The notes under the pieces were generated by a model. The model saw only the letters and a list, made by a program, of their open reading frames with translations, was not told where the DNA came from and made no database searches. Of a stretch of DNA of 18,369 bases, positions 1-7,124 are shown piece by piece. The DNA lies in NCBI GenBank assembly GCA_030587475.2, contig JAUQYZ020000214.1, positions 1-18,369 on the forward strand, given 5' to 3'. Source of the stretch: Candidatus Sigynarchaeum calidifontis. Lineage in GTDB: Archaea > Asgardarchaeota > Lokiarchaeia > Sigyniarchaeales > Sigyniarchaeaceae. The stretch's first letter is position 1; each line of letters begins with the position of its first letter. The position numbers were made by a program, and so were the translations under genes.

Positions 1-1820
1 CGACATACACCCAGCTCTTGAACACGGGACGTATCGACGCGTTCAAGCTGGCTTGGAAGCCTGGCATGCCCGCCGTTCCGCACGTCTTCTGGGATTCCGA
101 CGTCGCGAAATGGGTTGAAACGGCCGCGTACTCGCTCATCACCAAGCCCGATGCCGTGCTGGCGAACCAGCTCGACGCCCTCGTTGCTTTGATCGTCTCC
201 GCGCAGCAGCCGGACGGCTACCTCAACACGCATTTCACGGTCGTCGAGCCGCACATGCGATTCAAGAACCTCCGCGACTGGCACGAGCTGTACTGCGCGG
301 GGCATCTCATCGAAGCGGCGGTCGCCCACTTCCAGGCGACGGGCAAGCGCAATTTCCTCGATGCCATGGCCCGTTATGCCGACCTCATCGACAAGACCTT
401 CGGCCCCAAGGAGCAAGGGAAATTGCCCGGGTACTGCGGGCACCCGGAAATCGAGCTGGCTCTCGTGAAGCTTTACAAGGCCACGGGCAACAAGAAATAC
501 CTCGACTTGTCCAGGTTTTTCATCACCGAGCGCGGCCAGGCCCCGTATTACTACGAAATCGAGGCACAGCAGCGCGGCGAGCCGCCGCGGCCCTTGGAAT
601 CGCTCGACCGCGTGTTCGCCCGGCGGGAATACTACCAGGCACACGCGCCGGTCGTCGACACGGAGGAGATCGTCGGCCACGCGGTGCGGGCACAGTACCT
701 TTATTCTGGCGCCGCCGACGTCGCGAGGGAAACGAACGACCACGAGCTCTTGGCCGCCCTCCGCAAGATCTGGGACAATGCCACGCTCAAGAAGATGTAC
801 ATCACGGGCGGCATGGGCGCCCGGGCAGAAGGCGAGGCATTCGGTGCCGATTACGAGTTGCCTAACGAGACCGCCTACGCGGAAACGTGCGCTGCCATCG
901 CGCTGGTCTTCTGGGCACATCGTATGCTCAACATCGAGGCGGATGCCAAGTACGCCGACGTGATGGAACGCGCGCTCTACAACGGCACCATCAGCGGTGT
1001 CTCGCTATCCGGGGACAAGTTTTTCTACGTGAACCCGCTCGCCGCGAATCTCCACGGCAAGCGGATGCTGGAGCGCACGACGTGGTTCGTTTGCTCGTGC
1101 TGCCCGAACAACCTCACCCGTCTCGAGCTATCCCTCGGCCAGTACATTTACTCGACCAGCAAGGATGCCGTTTACGTGCACTTGTTCGTCGAGGGCGAGG
1201 CGATAGCAAACATCGGCGGGCAGCCGGTCACGATCAAGCAGAAGACCATCTACCCCTGGGACGGCAAGGTCGAGCTGGCCCTCGCCATGGCGAGGGAGGC
1301 CGAGTTCTCGGTGAAGGTGCGCATGCCCGGCTGGTGCAAGTCGGTCTCGATCGGCATCAACGGCACGGAACTGGACGTCGTGAATGTCCCGCTCGAGAAA
1401 GGATACATGGTGCTGTCCGGCGCGTGGAACGATGGTGATGTCATCGAGCTGGTGTTCGACATGCCCGTGGAACGCGTCCACGCGCACCCGAAGGTCGAGG
1501 CCGATGCTTGCCGGGTCGCGATCCAACGCGGCCCCGTGGTATATTGCCTGGAGGAGATCGACAACGGCCCGGGCGTCGACGGCATTGTGTTGCCCCCGGG
1601 AGCGAAATTGCTCCCGGCGTTCGAGCCCGGCCTGCTCGGCGGCGTCGTGACGATAACCGGCGATGCATTCAAGGTCGACACGGGCGGGTGGGACGGGAAA
1701 CTCTACGCGACCCAGGTGACCAAGCAGCAAAAGGTGCAGATCAAGGCAGTCCCTTATTTCACGTGGGGAAACCGGAAACCGATGCAAGAAATGATCGTCT
1801 GGCTCCGTGAATCGCAATGA
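1..1820 (+). CDS. Glycoside hydrolase family 127 (beta-L-arabinofuranosidase, HypBA1-like); 5' end lies outside the window
   Basis: Motifs WDSDVAKWVE, HELYCAGHLIEAAVAH, GHPEIELAL, GHAVRAQYLY, EAFGADYELPN..AYAETCAAI, YADVMERALYN, FFYVNPL and CSCCPNN (the GH127 Zn/catalytic Glu-x-Cys...Cys-Cys set). The frame is open upstream of the TTG at 18 (TYTQL from nt 3), so the real start is probably before nt 1. Confidence 0.93.
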   Translation, partial: TYTQLLNTGRIDAFKLAWKPGMPAVPHVFWDSDVAKWVETAAYSLITKPDAVLANQLDALVALIVSAQQPDGYLNTHFTVVEPHMRFKNLRDWHELYCAGHLIEAAVAHFQATGKRNFLDAMARYADLIDKTFGPKEQGKLPGYCGHPEIELALVKLYKATGNKKYLDLSRFFITERGQAPYYYEIEAQQRGEPPRPLESLDRVFARREYYQAHAPVVDTEEIVGHAVRAQYLYSGAADVARETNDHELLAALRKIWDNATLKKMYITGGMGARAEGEAFGADYELPNETAYAETCAAIALVFWAHRMLNIEADAKYADVMERALYNGTISGVSLSGDKFFYVNPLAANLHGKRMLERTTWFVCSCCPNNLTRLELSLGQYIYSTSKDAVYVHLFVEGEAIANIGGQPVTIKQKTIYPWDGKVELALAMAREAEFSVKVRMPGWCKSVSIGINGTELDVVNVPLEKGYMVLSGAWNDGDVIELVFDMPVERVHAHPKVEADACRVAIQRGPVVYCLEEIDNGPGVDGIVLPPGAKLLPAFEPGLLGGVVTITGDAFKVDTGGWDGKLYATQVTKQQKVQIKAVPYFTWGNRKPMQEMIVWLRESQ

Positions 1821-3604
1821 AGCAGCCCGTGCGTGAAAGCAATTCGGCGTGGGATCTCCCCGGATTCCACAGGCCACTCGCTGGAATGTTCTACAACATC
1901 CTTCCCGTGTTTCTCGCTGCAGGTTTCGGCCTGCTCTTCAACGTGTGGCTCATCCCCAGCGTCATTTTTCCATTCCCGGAAGCTATGGGTTACCAGAACT
2001 TGAATAGCCAGATTTTCGGCGTTTTCTTCACGTTATTCGACATGGGCATCGGCATCGCGCTGTACCGGTTCATTGCCGAGAAGAACGTGAGCGATCCCCG
2101 CAAGAGCATCGATTACATCCGGTTTTTCATGGTTTTCCAGATGGTCACGGGGGCGATCCAGGTCACTGGCATCGCCATCTACGTGTTCGCCTTCTTGCAA
2201 GGCACCGGTTTGTCCTACGCGGCCTGGTTTTTCTTGATCTACTCGACAGTGCAATTTCCCGGCATTTTTTGGGCGTTTCAAGGTGCTTTACAAGGATACC
2301 AGCGGTTCGACAAGTCCAACTTGCTTTCCTTCTTGTCGACCGTCATCCTGGAGAATAGCACGCGGGTGACGTGCATCTTGCTCGGCCGCTGGCTCGGTGC
2401 CGCGGATCCCGCCTTCGGCGAGGTCATGGGCGCGGCGGCGGGCAGCATCATCGGCGTGTACATAGACGACTTCATCGCCGCGGCGATCGGCGCGCACTGG
2501 CTCGACCCCGTGCTCAAGAAGATCGACCCGTCGATGCGCATCTACAAGATCTTCATCCCGACGTTCGACCGGCAGGTGGTGAAGGACTGTTTCTCGTTCG
2601 GCGCCCGCGTGATCGTGCCCACGCTGATCTGGCCCGCCGCGAACTTCGTTTCGGTCTTGATGCTGACGGCGTGGATGCCCAACTATGCGACGTATGTCGG
2701 CATTTTCTCCCTCGCCGACCTCCTCTCGAGCCTCGTGTATTCCTTCACGATATCGCTCTCGCCGCCCGTTTCCGAGGCATGGAACAACGGCAAGGTCACC
2801 CTCACGAAATATTACCTCAACCGCACGTACCAGTGGTATGGCTTGACCGGCGGGTTCATGACCGGGCTGCTGGTCGCGGGCGCCCCGCTGCTCGGCCTCG
2901 TGGCCGGGCCTGGCTTCGAGCTCGTCGTGCCGATGGTCGTCTACCTCGCTCTCTTCAAGTTCATCGATCTTTTCGCGATGATCCACGATTCCATCTACAA
3001 CGGCCTCGGCCACCCCGAGTGGAACATACTGCTCGTCGGCGTGGATCAAGGCATCCGGCTGCTCGTCACGTGGCTGCTCCTCGTGCCGTTCCCGAGCGGC
3101 TGGTACGCGCTCGTGTGGGCGCTCGGGCTCGGCCGCGGTGTCAAGTGGATCGTTGGATACGCGGCGTTATGGAAGAAATATTTCCACTTCCGCATCAACT
3201 GGTGGCAAGCCTTCGTCGCGACCGGCATCGCCATGGCCGCGGAGCTCGGCGTCGTCTTGGCCATGGTATACATCGTGCACCCGGCGCTGTCGGTTGTCAC
3301 GGGTGAACTCGTTTCCGCGCTGGTGGCCATCCTGGCGAGCATCATCGTGGGGCCTTTCCTCGTGTTCATGCCCGTGTACGCGCTCGCTGGAGGTTGGGAT
3401 GACGAGGCCATCGCCGTGTTCGAACAGGCAGCGGCCATGAGCGGGCCCTCCAAGGGGTTCGTCATGCTCCTGCTCAAGATCACGAAAACGTTTGCCCGGG
3501 TCTCCCGGCTTCATTCCAGGTTTCCCACGGACATCACGGGCGTGCAAGCCGACATCGATGCCCTCGTGGCGACGAGGATGCAGAAGATGGAAACGACCGC
3601 TTGA
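1817..3604 (+). CDS. Multi-pass membrane protein, MOP superfamily-like (MATE / polysaccharide-flippase-like), 595 aa
   Basis: About 12-14 hydrophobic segments. The pattern 'FDMGIGIALYRFIAE', 'GALQGYQRFD', 'FSFG', 'PPVSEA' and 'SIYNGLGHP' resembles Wzx/MurJ/SpoVB-type proteins. ATGA start/stop overlap with the GH127 gene. Confidence 0.72.
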   Translation: MKQPVRESNSAWDLPGFHRPLAGMFYNILPVFLAAGFGLLFNVWLIPSVIFPFPEAMGYQNLNSQIFGVFFTLFDMGIGIALYRFIAEKNVSDPRKSIDYIRFFMVFQMVTGAIQVTGIAIYVFAFLQGTGLSYAAWFFLIYSTVQFPGIFWAFQGALQGYQRFDKSNLLSFLSTVILENSTRVTCILLGRWLGAADPAFGEVMGAAAGSIIGVYIDDFIAAAIGAHWLDPVLKKIDPSMRIYKIFIPTFDRQVVKDCFSFGARVIVPTLIWPAANFVSVLMLTAWMPNYATYVGIFSLADLLSSLVYSFTISLSPPVSEAWNNGKVTLTKYYLNRTYQWYGLTGGFMTGLLVAGAPLLGLVAGPGFELVVPMVVYLALFKFIDLFAMIHDSIYNGLGHPEWNILLVGVDQGIRLLVTWLLLVPFPSGWYALVWALGLGRGVKWIVGYAALWKKYFHFRINWWQAFVATGIAMAAELGVVLAMVYIVHPALSVVTGELVSALVAILASIIVGPFLVFMPVYALAGGWDDEAIAVFEQAAAMSGPSKGFVMLLLKITKTFARVSRLHSRFPTDITGVQADIDALVATRMQKMETTA

Positions 3605-3613
3605 ATGGAATTG

Positions 3614-4561
3614 CTATCCCTCGGGAACGAGCTTGGCCAGGGCGATCCCTTGCTCCCCTTTCACGCAATAGAAAAGGTACACGGTATTGGTCTCCCCGTC
3701 GACGAAGATCGCCGGGTCACGCAGCGCGTTCGCCGGGCCGGTTGCCCCGTGCCTCGATGGCACGGGGGGAAGGTCGGCCCCTTCCCACGGGAACGCGGGT
3801 TCGAGCACGATGGCCGGCCGGGACGGCGTCCACTGGCGCCAATCCTTGGAAATGTCCACGGTCGACAGCAAGATCCGCTCCGGCGCGTCGCCGACGCGCG
3901 TGTAGAACAGGAGCAAGGTCTGGCCCTTGGCGAGCAGCGCGCAGTGCCGGAAGCCCGGGATGATCGCCGGGCCGCGCTCGAACGCCGCGAGCCCGTCCCT
4001 GGACCGCACGATCATGCCGCCGGCATTATCGTCCTTGCAAAAGCCGTAGACGTATCCACCATGCTTGAACACGCGGAGATAGAACGGGGCGAGCTGCTGC
4101 TTGCGGGGCGTGAAATGGATCCCGTCGCGTGACATGGCGACGTAGGTCATCTGTGCCTGGTCATGATACGGCTTTTTTCCCCGGCCAACCGCGTGGAAGT
4201 ACATGCGGATCTCGTGGCTTGCCTCGTCGACGAAGATCTCTGGTGAAGCAACATGCTTCCTTTTCCCGGGGGTTTTTTCGACCGGAAGCACGCCAGGCTC
4301 GTGGATCGTGTATGGTCCTTCGACGTGATCCGCGACGGCGAGGCGGATATATTTACCTTTGTGATGGCCGAAATACAGGTAATACTTGCCCAGCGGGTGC
4401 TCCACCCACTGCGGCACCCGCATGAGGCATGGCCCGTTGATGTTCTCGCCGAGGGTACCCTCGAGACCGGGCATTCCCGCGTGCACGAGCGGGCCATCGC
4501 CGACCCGCTCGAAATGACCTCCCAGGAGCTCGCGCGGTGTCGATTGGCCTAAGGATTCCAT
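3614..4561 (-). CDS. Uncharacterised five-bladed beta-propeller glycosidase-like protein (arabinanase/levansucrase/invertase-like superfamily), about 315 aa
   Basis: This is the C-terminal part of the 668-aa track ORF, starting at ATG 4561 (MESLGQ...). Repeated blade-like units: NGP...YYLYF...IRLAVAD..EGPY, ASPEIFVD..IRMYFH..TYVAMSRDGIHF, LLLFYT..ERILLS, LRDPAIF...YLFYCVKGEQGIALA. Confidence 0.7.
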   Translation of the reverse strand: MESLGQSTPRELLGGHFERVGDGPLVHAGMPGLEGTLGENINGPCLMRVPQWVEHPLGKYYLYFGHHKGKYIRLAVADHVEGPYTIHEPGVLPVEKTPGKRKHVASPEIFVDEASHEIRMYFHAVGRGKKPYHDQAQMTYVAMSRDGIHFTPRKQQLAPFYLRVFKHGGYVYGFCKDDNAGGMIVRSRDGLAAFERGPAIIPGFRHCALLAKGQTLLLFYTRVGDAPERILLSTVDISKDWRQWTPSRPAIVLEPAFPWEGADLPPVPSRHGATGPANALRDPAIFVDGETNTVYLFYCVKGEQGIALAKLVPEG

Positions 4562-4585
4562 CGGCAGATAGTTCGACTCGTGACC

Positions 4586-4602
4586 TAATAAGCACTGATA
4601 AG
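4586..4602. promoter_or_regulatory. Compact divergent promoter region with TATA-like TAATAA/TTATTA and a repeated ATAAG
   Basis: The gap between divergent ATGs (4561 minus, 4625 plus) is only 63 nt. TTATTA on the minus strand lies about 25 nt before ATG 4561, the spacing typical of leaderless archaeal transcripts. Confidence 0.4.
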
Positions 4603-4624
4603 GCACGAGCGCGAGAGGGCTACC

Positions 4625-5650
4625 ATGGCTGGCAAAACCCTCGAATCGCGGATCCACGGCTGCCTCCTGGGCAGCGCGATCGGCAACGCCATGGGCAGCT
4701 TGGTCGAGAACTGGCCGTTCGAGCGCATCGAGAAGGTGTACGGGAAGATCGAGATGCCGCTGCACATGGACCGCATCCGGACGGAAGATGATAACCGCAT
4801 TTCCATGCTTTACACGAGTGCATACTTGAAATACCGGCGGAACATCACGCCCGAGGACCTGGCAGAAGTCTGGACATCCGTGGGCGGCTGGGACCAGTTT
4901 TTCTGGTGCATGCGGAACGCGGTGGAATTGCTTCGGCGCGGCATCTCGCCTCGACAAACGGGCATGTACAACATCAACACGGGCAGTGCGATAATGGCCA
5001 TCGCGCCCGTCGGCATCTACAACATGTTCGAGCCCGACCGGGCGTACGCGGATGCCCTCGACCTCGCCTATATGTACCAGCCCGAGCCGGACGCGCAATG
5101 CGCGGCGGCGATGGCCGCGGGCTTCGCCGAGGCGTTCTCGCCGGAGGCCAGCGTCGACACCATCGTCAAGGCAATCCGTGACCACGCGCAAGACAAGGAC
5201 CTCGTGTACTGGGACGATCGAAAGGTCAACAACATCAGGAAATCCGTCGACATCGCCATCGACATCGCGGAGAAATACAAGGCAGACTGGTGGGCAGCGC
5301 GCAAGGAGATCGTTGACCGCCTTGGCCAGTGGCATGCCATCGAACCCATCGAAGTTCTCTCGCTCGTTGTTGCATTGTTCAAGATGACGGGAGGAAATTA
5401 CACGGAAGGCGTGATCGCGGGCACGAACATGGGTCGTGACTCCGACACGGTGTCGAACCTCGTCGGCGGGCTGTGCGGCGCCATGCACGGCCTGGAGGCG
5501 ATCCCCGCGGACTGGCGCGAGGGCGTGCAAGAGGTGAGCCCGGACGTTTACCGGAAATTCGAGACGGCGGCGCGTGATTTCGCAATTTTGCTCCAGAAAA
5601 AGTTCCAGGCCTATGAACACTGCGCCCGGCTCGCTCGTGACATGAAATAG
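4625..5650 (+). CDS. ADP-ribosylglycohydrolase (ARH/DraG) family protein, 341 aa
   Basis: N-terminal GCLLGSAIGNAMG..VE, TEDDN metal-binding segment, IAPVGI, and C-terminal GRDSDTVSNLVGGLCGAMHGLEAIPADW. Confidence 0.88.
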   Translation: MAGKTLESRIHGCLLGSAIGNAMGSLVENWPFERIEKVYGKIEMPLHMDRIRTEDDNRISMLYTSAYLKYRRNITPEDLAEVWTSVGGWDQFFWCMRNAVELLRRGISPRQTGMYNINTGSAIMAIAPVGIYNMFEPDRAYADALDLAYMYQPEPDAQCAAAMAAGFAEAFSPEASVDTIVKAIRDHAQDKDLVYWDDRKVNNIRKSVDIAIDIAEKYKADWWAARKEIVDRLGQWHAIEPIEVLSLVVALFKMTGGNYTEGVIAGTNMGRDSDTVSNLVGGLCGAMHGLEAIPADWREGVQEVSPDVYRKFETAARDFAILLQKKFQAYEHCARLARDMK

Positions 5651-5693
5651 ACAATTCCGATTGCCAACATGACGTGATTGAAAAACATCTTCC

Positions 5694-6881
5694 TTATTTT
5701 AACTTGTCCGCGAGGCGTTCCCTCACGTGCAGCAAGTCGTGTGCCTTGTAATAATCGAACATGTCTCCGATGGCTTGCCTGAAAGTCCGCTTGGGAACAA
5801 ACCCCAATTCCCTCTCTGCCTTCGCATAGCTATAGAAACTAAGAAAGGAACCCGCCCGCACGGCATCTCGACTCAAGAGGCATGGCTTCTTGAAGAGCTT
5901 CGCATAAAGCTCGTACAGCGCGGCACCGAATTTTGCAACGCTTGTCGGGATCTCCTTGCTCGGCACGTTGATCCGCTTGCTCGGTTCCTTTTCCCGCAGC
6001 ACTTCCGCGATGGTTCGCAGCATGTCTCCCATTGGCATGTTGTCCTCCGCGCGCCCCGTGATGATGTACCGCTCGCCAGGCTTTCCCTTCGTCATCGCCA
6101 GCAAGTGACCCTCGGCCTGGTCGCACACGTGGGTTAAAGGAAATCCCCCGCCTGCCGTGTATCCCGGCATCGCGTTGTGATACACGCGGAGCAGGTACAT
6201 GCCACTTCCAACCATGTTATCATAGGGGCCGAAATTCGTTCCCGGCAGAACGCTCACGACGGGCAAGCGATGATCCTTGTAAAAGCGGGTAACGATCTCC
6301 TGGGCGGCGAGCTTGGAATCAAAATACCCGATGCCGATCCGCTTGACCCAATTCGCGGGAGCAGTGCCGGCATGCACGTCATCGGCAAATCGCAAGATGG
6401 CCACGGGCGAGTCGAACGAGTGCATTCTCGGGCTCGAGGTGTACGGGCTGGTCTCCTCCGTCCCGAGTGACCCGACCGGTGAAGGAACCCCCAGCGTGTT
6501 GACCGTGCTCGTGTAAACGATCTTTTGGATCGATGGCACGTTCAGGCAAGCCTCGAGCACGTTGCGGGTTCCCTCCACGTTGACCAGCCATTGCCCCTTC
6601 TTCTTGAACGGGTCGAACGTCGTGTTCCCCACCATGTGGAACACGTGGGTGACGCCTTGCAAGGCACCCTTCACGTCACTCTCGCTGAGCACGTTGCCCG
6701 CCACGAGCTCGACGCCGGGCAGATCCGCAAGGCCTTCGGTAGGGGTGCCCGCGAGGTACAGCACGCGGATGTTTTGTGGGGACAATCCTTTTCGGACCAG
6801 GTGGTGGATCAGCGCCGTGCCGAGGTGGCCCGTGCCGCCCGTGACGAGGACTTTCTCGAAAGGTAAATTGCTCATGATCAT
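5694..6881 (-). CDS. Extended SDR, NAD-dependent epimerase/dehydratase (dihydroflavonol-4-reductase/HpnA-like)
   Basis: VLVTGGTGHLG (GxxGxxG), VNVEGTRNVLEAC, VYTST and catalytic YFDSK (YxxxK), GKPGERYII, YAKAERELGF.P. AGGTGA RBS at 6888-6893. Alternative ATG at 6875. Confidence 0.9.
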   Translation of the reverse strand: MIMSNLPFEKVLVTGGTGHLGTALIHHLVRKGLSPQNIRVLYLAGTPTEGLADLPGVELVAGNVLSESDVKGALQGVTHVFHMVGNTTFDPFKKKGQWLVNVEGTRNVLEACLNVPSIQKIVYTSTVNTLGVPSPVGSLGTEETSPYTSSPRMHSFDSPVAILRFADDVHAGTAPANWVKRIGIGYFDSKLAAQEIVTRFYKDHRLPVVSVLPGTNFGPYDNMVGSGMYLLRVYHNAMPGYTAGGGFPLTHVCDQAEGHLLAMTKGKPGERYIITGRAEDNMPMGDMLRTIAEVLREKEPSKRINVPSKEIPTSVAKFGAALYELYAKLFKKPCLLSRDAVRAGSFLSFYSYAKAERELGFVPKRTFRQAIGDMFDYYKAHDLLHVRERLADKLK

Positions 6882-6887
6882 GGATGT

Positions 6888-6893
6888 TCACCT
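6888..6893 (-). promoter_or_regulatory. Shine-Dalgarno AGGTGA for the SDR gene
   Basis: AGGTGA lies 6 nt upstream of ATG 6881. The same motif precedes trpE and trpG. Confidence 0.6.
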
Positions 6894-6898
6894 TCGGG

Positions 6899-7093
6899 AA
6901 AAAAAAGGCATGGCTCGCTCGTTCAAGACGTGAACCACGAGCCGTTTTGATAAATACCCGGGGCTCCCGGTTTCCCGGGAGCCCCTAGCTCTCCCAAAAA
7001 AGGAAATCCTTGCGGACCGCCTTCCTTGTAGTCTAGTTCCGTGCGGACAAATATAGACCCGTATCATCCGAAAACGGGCAGTTTTTTTTTAAA
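6899..7093 (-). ncRNA. Candidate structured non-coding element (sRNA, cis-regulatory leader or small non-autonomous repeat); family unassigned
   Basis: Four to five stem-loops, two with GNRA loops on the minus strand. They are bracketed by a TTTAAAAA TATA-like sequence (about 7093-7086) and a T8 tract (6906-6899). Confidence 0.35.
6960..6985 (-). repeat. Perfect 11-bp GC-rich inverted repeat (hairpin) with a GAAA tetraloop on the minus strand
   Basis: The plus strand reads GGGGCTCCCGG-TTTC-CCGGGAGCCCC, seen directly. Confidence 0.9.
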
Positions 7094-7124
7094 CGGGTGG
7101 AAGTCGCCGTTCACGCCCGGGATT

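Noticed and set aside
2371-3306. Long alternative-frame ORFs (e.g. 2371-3306, 7243-8184, 1128-1877, 16610-17290, 16703-17374)
   Set aside because: They are low-complexity (mostly Arg/Ala/Pro/Ser-rich) shadows expected in GC-rich coding DNA. They overlap well-supported genes and carry no motifs.
4562-5620. N-terminal 353 aa of the 668-aa minus-strand ORF (apparent large fusion or overlapping gene)
   Set aside because: It is the antisense shadow of the ARH gene 4625-5650 running through a stop-free 63-nt gap. Recognisable propeller-like sequence starts only after Met 4561.
7001-7010. AGGAAATCC resembles the RNase P RNA GAGGAAAGUCC motif
   Set aside because: There is no matching 3' P4 strand (ACAGAA...CUUA type), and the space is too short for a standard RNase P RNA.
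7056-7084. ACCCGTATCATCCGAAAACGGGCAGTT resembles the helix III/loop C part of 5S rRNA
   Set aside because: The flanks cannot form 5S helices I, II, IV or V, and the match is short with indels. I treat it as a simple hairpin.
6882-7124. Possible tRNA, CRISPR repeat or IS end in the long intergenic region
   Set aside because: No cloverleaf or TTCGA T-loop, no regularly spaced repeats of 23 nt or more, no terminal inverted repeats with target duplication, and no transposase or cas gene nearby.
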